A DNA stretch of 64,000 nucleotides from Octopus vulgaris (Eukaryota). Below, piece after piece: positions 53,394 to 64,000 of this stretch; within the stretch, counting starts at the first letter, position 1; every line of letters starts with the position of its first letter. The notes under the pieces were generated by a model. It ran no database searches, was not told where the DNA came from, and worked only from the letters and a program-made list of their open reading frames with translations. Location of the stretch: contig OX597842.1 of NCBI GenBank assembly GCA_951406725.2, forward strand, positions 22,010,001-22,074,000, given 5' to 3'. Position numbers and translations under genes: made by a program.

Positions 53394-53652
53394 TTGCAGC
53401 CTGGAAGGTGTTTCTAAGCCATTTAAGAAACACACAAAAACCGTTACATTCACTTCAACATTTAAATTTAATTTGCCAAAATATTTTCGTCGCTTTGAGA
53501 CCGCGACCTGTTCACTGACAAAAATATCGTGCTAACAGGTCGCGGTCTCAAAGCGACGAAAATATTTTGACAAATTAAATTTAAATGTTGAAGTGAATCT
53601 AACGGTTTTTGTGTGTTTCTTAAATGGCTTATAAACACCTTCAACGCTGCAA
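53394..53652. repeat. Near-perfect palindrome, ~119-bp arms, 21-nt loop
   Basis: 53394-53512 is the reverse complement of 53534-53652 with few mismatches. Confidence 0.92.
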
Positions 53653-53794
53653 CTGTTTTCGTTCCAGCACACGATCTCAGATCAAGTCAGTTGCTATGCA
53701 AGTACATCTCTGTAACTATATATATATATGTATATTGGTAAAAACAGTAAGATAACAAAAGAAAGAGACCTCAATATTATGTAAATAGAGGAAA

Positions 53795-54177
53795 TCTTTA
53801 TATATAAAAGTGAGGTTGTGTGTCTGTCTCCTACGATTTAGATTCCTAACTACTCCCACATTTTGCGGTGCAGTTTAACCAAAACCGGGTATCTTATAGT
53901 CGTGATTCATATCGAGACCGTCTGGGTATTAGCGCGCGTCTACGATGAGTCTACGATTTAAAAAAAATTTACCATCAATTTTTCCCATTTTTAATCCATT
54001 TTTGACATATATAAGGGAAGTAACTCTCTAAAATTTATTATTAAATCTCAGAACGTAAAAAGCTACAGTAACACCTCCCCCTTTGTGGTTAGCCATATTG
54101 AGATGGCTATTATACTTTACATCTCTAAAAATGCTTATATAATTATTTCCCTTACAAACCCGAGCGATACTGCTAGT
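53795..54177 (+). mobile_element. Helitron-like element 3' portion or short element
   Basis: Starts tctttatatataaaagtgaggttgtgtgtctgtc; ends cccgagcgatactgCTAG|T. Confidence 0.5.
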
Positions 54178-56522
54178 ATAATATAAAATCTGTTCTGTCT
54201 GTGTGTCTTCTAGGATCTCGGGCATCCTCAATCTGATTGCAGCCAAATTTTATATGTAGATGCCGAAGGTATCAGGACGTGTATAAGTCTTGAAAATATT
54301 ACAAAAATCGCTTCCAGGTGAGAATGCGATCGATAAAGCCATGGGAACGTGCATTTATATGCGCAAGTACATCAGCTGTTGTGATCGATACTACACGTAC
54401 GCAAGAAAAATGCACATGCAGTTTGTGCCGGCTGGCTTGAAATAATGCCACAAAATGCAGTATATTTAAGAGACCAAAAAAGTAAGATGCAAAAGAGATA
54501 TTTTCTTCAAACTTGGCATGAAGGAGGGAAAGACTATTTCGTTTCTCAAGAAGTTTTTTCTTTGCCTTAACTTTGTTTAACAAAACCAAAAGTTTTATTG
54601 AAATATAGGCATGCTTAATTATTTTTTAATGAAAAGAACTGTTTAAACCATGTTTGTGTTCACCCAGTCAACAGCCTTATAATTACTGGTACTTTAAACT
54701 CTTCGGTTGCATATTTTTGTGAATAAAATCGTTTTTCTTTGGAATAGAAAAAAAGTCTATCTTTATTTCTTCTTTTTCTGGTGTCCCAAATTTAGGTTAA
54801 ATCAGTGTTTCTCAAAGGGGAGGCCTATGGAGCGGTCGGACAAGTTGTCTTGAGAAAATTTGGTTTAAATGTTTGACAACTCATCACCGTCCTTGGACGG
54901 GGAGGAGGGGCACTTTGCAACTGTGTGTATATATATATATATATAATTATAATTCTGCTTCTTATTATTACTATGTTTTACTTATTTCTGTCATTAGACT
55001 GCCATCATGCTGGGGCATCGCCTCGAAGAATCTGTAGTGAGACTGGATCGACCCCAGAACTTATTTGTTTTTTATGCCTGGAACTCATTTCATCAGTCTA
55101 ATATAAAAACAAAATGAAATTATTACTTTACTCACCATTTAATATCACTCCTTATCCTCCGTAGAGTCTTTTCCCCCAGCAGCTTTGATACAAAAGTAGA
55201 AATTCATCGAGAAAAGTCGATAATTTTAGACGAGGTCAAAGAATATCTGACCCTAAAAAGAACCATGACAAAAATTGTGTAAACGGGGAATATACAAAAC
55301 ATGTAATGGTTTGCTTGAAATACCGAAACGAAATCTTAATATTGTAACAAAATTAACAGCAACTATTTACACCATGCAGTATTTCTTGTGGTTTTTTTAT
55401 GTTCTGATCTCAAATCCCGCCGATGTCAATTTTACCTTTCATTGCTTCGGAATCAAAATAAAGATCCATCGAAAACAGCGGTTGATACTAATCTCCCCCA
55501 CACCCCCAATATTAAGTCTATTAATAACAACTTTGCTTCTAGCAGGTAACTGAGGTAACAATTATATCCTTTTCTACTCTAGGCACGAGGCCAGAAATTT
55601 GGGGTGAGAGGGGCAGTCGATTAGATCGACCACAGTACGCAACTGGTACTTAATTTATCGACCCCGCAAGGATGAAAGGCAAAGTCGACCTCGGCGGAAT
55701 TTGAACTCAGAACATAAAAAACAGACGAAATACGGCCAGGTATTCCGCCCGGCGTGCTAACGTTTCTGCCAGCTCGCCGCCTTAAGAAACAATTATATCA
55801 AAAGCAACTTCCACAAATGACTGACCAATTAGTAATATGTCACCTTTAAAAAAAGCGAACGTTTGCTGTGCTTGCAAAAAAGACCCATGTGCGTGTGAGC
55901 GCACCGGGACCACTGTTCACTAGTAGTACCTACAAAAAGTGCGTAGAAAACGAAAATGAAAAGAATACAGCTCCATATAATATTCAGAGGAAGATTGTTA
56001 CTAAAAAAAATTCCAGCATTGATTAGAGGAAGGTATTAGATGTGATAGAAATTTGTGTTGGTATTAATTCATTGAAAGACGATAAGGAAAATTAGTGAGT
56101 AAAGGGAGATAAGCAAGGGCATGAGCCTAATTACGGGAAAAAGAAGCATTCGATCTTTAGATGGCTTCATAGGCTTATAACGGTGGTGGATCTCCGTCGT
56201 TTCACAACGAGGAGTCAATCTTTTGGTCAACTGATTTACTTGCACTTCACTGAGTATTTGCTGGTGTACAAGATGCATCCTTACTTTAGCAGAATATTTA
56301 GGACAGAAACCAGATTAATACGTTTCGTCATTCAGCCATTGGAAAACGTTTTAAAGTAGTTTTGTAGAGAAAATGTGGCTGCATTTCGCTTTGACCCTTT
56401 AACCTTTAACATTGTTCAATGTGATGAAGATGACGGGAATTGAACTCACGATTGAGCTATGCACCTTCAAATATATATGAGAAGTTACATAATAGCTTCG
56501 TATATATATATATATATATATC

Positions 56523-56895
56523 CTACAAGGATCGGCCAGCGTTGCTCGGGTTTATTTTCTTTTCGACCCTTTAGAATTGGAATTTTTGAAAAGTAAAAAT
56601 CTTGCATTATGTAGCTTGTTGAAATACACCGAAAAACGGTGACACAGCAGTCAAAGAATCGTAAAAAATAGGGATTTTCATAGAAAAAAAAGCACCTTTC
56701 TGATCTAAATAATTTTTGGTGTTGACATGGTGCGATTTCAATTTTTTCTTCTACGGAAGGAAGAGCAAGCCTTCTTTTATCATACTCTCAATTTTGGTCA
56801 ACATACGCTAAAGTGTCTCGGTAGAGATAGTGTTAGTTGAAGGCTGCAAAACCTGCATCACACACACAGACAACTTCAGCTTTATATATATAGGT
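56523..56895 (-). mobile_element. Helitron-like element
   Basis: Paralog of 9690-10041. Confidence 0.55.
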
Positions 56896-57532
56896 ATATC
56901 GTGCAATGCCACTCCCTGTAAGAAGCATTTGTGCCAGTTCATGTAAAAAGCACACATGCTGATCCATGTGGTTATTCAACTTACTCCTTCCCCTGAAATT
57001 GTTGGCCTTGTGCCAAAATACTGTCAGATACAATAATGCCTTGATATATGAGTTAATTTCTTCCTGGAGATTGCTCCTAAAGTGAAAACTCATAAAGCAA
57101 AGCAATAATTTCCCATAGAAGCAATGTTATAAATTGTAATTCATTCCCAGAAAAATATTTTACCAATAAAATTTATAATACTTGTAAATAAATGACAATA
57201 AAACAACAGTAGAATGTAAAGAATATTTTATGTAAAGTCAAAAACAATGTTAAGATCATTTAGAATAGATAAAATATTATTATTATAATTGTTTTCTGAA
57301 TCGCTTTGAAAAGACTCAGGGACACCATCATTTGTAGACGTGACCACTGATTCACAAGCAAAGAAACATGTCTAGAATTATTTACTGAAAAGCATTCTTT
57401 TGCGTTTTATAAACTTCTTGGTAAGACGTAGATGCATTTGTTATGGTAGTAGAAACTTTCAAAATTTGGATGTTGTGCTTGAAAAATAAAACTTATAAAC
57501 AACGTCTGTAACTTGGGAAATGAATCTATTCC

Positions 57533-58986
<1,454 letters not shown>

Positions 58987-60282
58987 AATTTTCCTTTCTC
59001 TCGTCACAGTTCACAAAGGTTTTCCTTCTTCTCGTATATTGCTCTTAACAAATATTTCTACTGATATATCTCCATCAAAAGTGATCTTTGTTAATATCTG
59101 AAGATGCTGCAAACTGCCTTCTTAATTGCTTTAACTCATTAACATTTAGATTACTCTGTCAAATATAACATTTATTGAAATTCTTCTGAATTAATCATTC
59201 ATTATGTTATCATGTTCAGATTTCAATGTTGTGATTGTTTACTTTTAGAATGACCTTGTAGGGTGGGTGTGAGGGGTGGGATCTGGCTAGTATGAATATA
59301 AAACACACAAAAATATGGCCAGTTTAACCGTTTAGCATTGAGATTCCTTTGTGAAATGTAATGCTTATTTATTCATATAGTTTTGAATTAATCATGGATT
59401 ATCTCATAGCTTTGAGACTTCAGTGATTTGATTGTTTACGTTTAAATTGACACTGCAGGGTGAGTGTGAGAGGTCAGAATATTTGTGCCAGTTTAAATGC
59501 TAATTGATTAATTAATATGCAAATATAATTTTCTGTGTATTCCAGACAATAAAGAACAGAAATTTTGCGACATATATGTCAGAGTTCAGAAGATATATTT
59601 TGCAGTAATTCAGTAAATATTTATAGAAACAGGGTTATACGTGTTTTGTATAACATCTTTGCTCGGTCTTTAAAAGACTTTCCATTCTAATGACGTTGCT
59701 TATGTAAAAATTCTGTGAAGCAGATGTCATCTGATAATCTGAAAGGAAAGAGAAACAACAGTGTAAAACATACAAGATAATTAGGAATTAGAGAGATTAA
59801 AGCAGTGAAAGTTTTACTACATTTTTATATAGACATGGCTATAGAAGTGCAGGAATGGTTGTGTGGTAAGAAGTTGGCTTCCCAACCACATGGTCCTGGG
59901 TTCAGTCCCAGAGTGGCCAATCAAAGACATGTTTGATGGAAACTGAAAGAAGCTTGACATGTCCCAAATACCAAAATGAATTCTAATCGAAATAAGCAAA
60001 ACAGAAATTTAAATACGAGGAACCATTTGATAAGTCAACTAATGGGACATGTCTGCATCAAAGGATGCCCCACAACTGTTCGTACAGAATCTCACCTGCG
60101 AGGCACAGATGCACGATGGGTTGAAACAATCAGAGTGAATACTAGTCTTGGAAATTCTATTTTCTTTCTCTTTCTCTCATGTTTTAAACTCTACTGACAT
60201 GAAGGAATTCCTCAAATAAATCCAGGGTCATTTATATCCATACTGTAGATGACATCAGATAGCCAAATACAGTGAGAAGGCT

Positions 60283-60547
60283 ATCTAAAATAATTGATTT
60301 ATCTGATGATGTAGAGAATGAAGAGGGCAAGACATCATATGATTGTGATACCTGTGGTAAATTATTCTCTCGGAAAACTAACCTACTCACTCACCGACGT
60401 ATTCATACAGGAGAGAAACCATATCATTGCGATACCTGTGGTAGATCATTCTCTCGAAATCAAGGCTTGTCTAGGCACAGACGCGTCCATACAGGAGAGA
60501 AGCCATATCACTGTGATATCTGTGGCAAATTATTCGCTCAGAAAGGC
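60283..60547 (+). pseudogene. Inverted zinc-finger fragment in the ZNF7 upstream intron
   Basis: ORF track 60272..60562; paralog of 26095-26359. Confidence 0.85.
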
Positions 60548-62409
60548 AATGATATACTATAAGGTGTATATATAAATATAAAATTATTACTTCATCATCA
60601 TTCAAATTCCATTTTACACACTGGCATGGGATGAATGGTTTGAAAGGAGCTAACCAGCTGAAGGGCTGATCAGGCCCAATCTCTATCTTAAAATAGTTTC
60701 TATGGCTGGATGCCCTTTCTAACACAAACCCATTACAGAATGTACTGGGTGATATTACGCAGTACCAATGGGTGCTTTTTACGTGGTATCAGCACCCATG
60801 AGCCTGCAAGATTAGGGATGCTCAGCTGGATGGGGTCGCAACGGACAAGCTTGTATGCAAGGGCAACTATGCTTTTACTTAGCTTGATGTGTCTTTTCAA
60901 ACACAGCAAACTGCCAGGATTCTCGTTTCCTGATCCCCATCATTTAATGTCTGCCTTCAATACCAGTATCTGCTGGATGGTTTGGTAGGAGGTGGTCAGT
61001 CAGAAGACTGCCCCACACTTGTGTGTCTGTTTTGGGTCAGCTTTTACAGAGTGTATTGAGTACATTTTAAGTGGCATTATCACAGGCAAGGTCAGTTTTG
61101 GCACAGCTTTTTACATTTAATGTCCACTTACCATGCTTCCCTGGGTTGGTTGGTTTGACCTGTGCTGGCAAACAGGGGTGCCGCACCCAGTTCCTGCCTG
61201 ATTTCGATTGCTTTCTACAGCTGGACACTCTTCTTAATGCCAACCAGTTTAGAGACTGTATCGAGATCTTCTCACATGGTCCTTGTATGGGAGCTTTTTA
61301 TGCAGAGCAGTATAGATGCCATTTACATAGACCACCATGATATATATATATATATATAAATGTATATGTATTTGTTTTTTTATGCCAGGAACTCATTTTA
61401 TCAGTCTGCTGCCGAAAGTTCCAGGGATGTAAATATACCAACACCGTTTGTTAAGCGGGAATGGGAGGGCAAGAAACACATACATACTGAGACAAATCCA
61501 GAATTTCTTTAAAAATTTTAACTTTCATGTGTACGAGCCCACCAAATTTATATTTTCATATTAAATTCCGATAGAATTCTAATATACACATTCTGAATGG
61601 TATTTATAGCAAATTTCATAAAAACGTATTTTTCTATAAATAACTTAATCTTCATAAATTCAGCAGGTTTACAAATAGCATTTATGATCGGGAAAATGTA
61701 AAGAAATCTTGAATATTGTTAAGATTTCCCACCAAAACAGGTTTGTACAAAGAGAAAACGAAATTTAATATAAAATAAGAAGAAATTATTACTTCACTCA
61801 CAATTTAATCTTACTCGTTATCTTCGAAATAGTCCTTTCCCCTTCAGTTTTGATACAAAAGTAGAAATTCATCCAGAAAAATCATTAATTTCAGACGAGA
61901 TCAAAGAATATCTGACACCAGAAATATCACTGACAAAAACTTATAAAAAAGGGGAATGTATAAAACATACATTGGTTTGCTTTAATTACCGAAACGAAAT
62001 CCCACCGATGTCAATTTTACCTTTCATTGATTTGGGATGAATAAAATAAAGACCCAGTCAAAACAAGAGGTCGGTGGTAGTTACTAACTCCCCCAAACCA
62101 CCATCAGTAGGCCTTTTAATAAAAACTTTGCTCCTAGAAGATAACTGAAGAGATAATTATATCAAGGAGAATAACTTGTACGAGCGACTGACCAAACTCT
62201 ACTTTACCACCTTCAGAAAGGAACAACCTATCTGCGCAAAGCATCTAAAGCATTTTGCAGGGCGGCGAGCTGGCAGGATCGTTAGCACGCCGGACGAAAT
62301 GCTAACCGCTATTTCGACCGTCGCGACGTTCGTAATGAATGCGGGAGATTAGAAGTAAGACACGTACCTTCTCTTCGTTGACCCATATCTGTCAGATGGT
62401 AATGTACCC

Positions 62410-62580
62410 TTCCACGTGGCCCGTCCCGAAACGCTAAAAATAGCAGCTGCTATCCCTCACCTGGTCGAAGCACTGACACGTCCTGCACTCACAACTTCCC
62501 CGATCGAAAAAGGCGCAATCGCCCCTACCCTATGCGCGCCCTTCCTCTTCCGGTCAGCTTCCTAGCCGCTGACGTCATCC
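62410..62580 (-). promoter_or_regulatory. Putative promoter type A (ZNF7)
   Basis: CCGGAAG (62547-62553) and TGACGTCA (62570-62577). Confidence 0.5.
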
Positions 62581-63223
62581 CACAGTTCCCAGTTCAAATT
62601 CCACCATGGTCGATTGTGCCTTTTATCGTTTCGGGGTCGATAAAATAAGTACCAGTTGACTAAACCCCATCCTCAACAAGAAGGATATTTTTAGTAAGAG
62701 GGATGGTTTAGTGTGAGAAAATGTTAGTAATTGTACATGGTTGGCATGGATAGCATGGCTCTAATAAGCATAATCCTTCAGTATGGGAGATTTAAGAAAG
62801 TAAATAGAAATTAAAGGGGAAATAAGTAGGTTTCCATTCCTTACACCGAATCAATATTGGAGTAACTTTTGAATTTCACTAAATTAGCCAAATTATTAAA
62901 CAAGATTCTTCAGTGTTTGGCAACGGCGTTGACTAATTATGAATTAACTTGCACTTCACAGAGTACTTGCTGGTGTACAAGACGCATCCTTACTTTACCA
63001 GAATATTTAGGGCAGAAACCAGATTAATACGTTTCGTCATTCAGCCATTGGAAAACGTTTTAAAGTAGTTTTGTAGAGAAAATGTGGCTGCATTTCGCTT
63101 TGACCCTTTAACATTTAACATTGTTCAATGTGATGAAGATGACAGGAATTGAACTCACGATTGAGCCATGCGCCTTCAAATATATATGAGAAGTAACATA
63201 ATAACTTCATATATATATATATA

Positions 63224-64000
63224 TCATCATCATCATCATCGTTTAACGTCCGCTTTCCATGCTAGCATGGGTTGGACGGTTCAACTGGGGTCTGGGGAGC
63301 CCGAAGGCTGCACCAGGCCAGTCAGATCTGGCAGTGTTTCTACAGCTGGATGCCCTTCCTAACGCCAACCACTCCGAGAGTATAGTGGGTGATTTTATGT
63401 GCCACCGACACAGATGCCAGACGAGGCTGGCAGACGGCCACGCTCGGATGGTGTTTTATGTGCCACCGACACAGGTGCCAGACGAGGCTGGCAGACGGCC
63501 ACGCTCGGATGGTGTTTTTTATGTGCCACCGACACAGGTGCCAGATGAGGCTGGCAGACGGCCACGCTCGGGTTGTGTTTTCAGTGTTTTCTTATGTGCC
63601 ACCGGCACTGGTGCCTCAAGGATACAAATTCCATTGATGTTCATCTATTTTGATTTGGTTTGATTTGATTTGATTTGATTTTCACTTGCCTCAACAGGTC
63701 TTCACAAGTGTCACAAGCAGGAAGGTATGCACAGGTGGACTGACTACGTCCCAGGTAGGGGCCACGGGTTATGGCTTCCCTAGTCTTGCCGGTTCTTCTC
63801 ATGCACAGCATACTTCCATAGGTCTCGGTCTCTAGTCATTTCCATGGTGAGACCTAACGTTCGAAGGTCGTTTTTCACCACCTCATCCCAGGTGTTCCTG
63901 GGTCTACCTCTTCCACGGGTTTCCTCAACTGCTAGGGATTGGCACTTTCTCACACACCTATCTTCATCCATTCTCACCACATGACCATACCAGCACAATC
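63224..64000 (-). mobile_element. RTE LINE 3' fragment (segmental duplicate of 47758-48988; runs off window)
   Basis: Near-identical sequence and the same insertion point in (TA)n. Confidence 0.9.

Noticed and set aside
53530-53570. Hammerhead ribozyme in the palindrome
   Set aside because: A stem plus GAAA is present, but the CUGANGA core is not recognisable.

Overview
AT-rich eukaryotic DNA, most likely from an octopus or other coleoid cephalopod. This is inferred from the tandem C2H2 zinc-finger cluster and the RTE LINE / tRNA-CORE-SINE repertoire; no database search was run. The window holds seven head-to-tail, minus-strand paralogous C2H2 zinc-finger genes (ZNF1-7 here), spaced about 5-12 kb apart. 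Each has an acidic leader (ME.E...DFSD...NEKGK) plus 84-bp finger repeats in one coding exon, with inferred non-coding upstream exons and one of two upstream/promoter blocks (A, B). ZNF1 and ZNF2 are intact (15 and 27 fingers). ZNF3/6/7 stop at a shared TGA ahead of a decayed finger tail. ZNF4 has an earlier TAA and ZNF5 a frameshift. ZNF2 and ZNF4 are in-frame fusions of two gene copies. Spacers contain CR1, RTE and Penelope-like fragments, piggyBac remnants and MITEs, Helitron-like elements, SINEs, minisatellites and long palindromes. Most notable: (i) an inverted, intronic copy of the ZNF coding start in four units, a possible dsRNA/ADAR-editing or silencing element; (ii) a CpG/ETS/CRE promoter-like block lying between two halves of a SINE, next to a 5S rRNA pseudogene; (iii) a palindrome whose spacer is flipped between paralogous units. 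Gene models and TE family calls are by-eye inferences.
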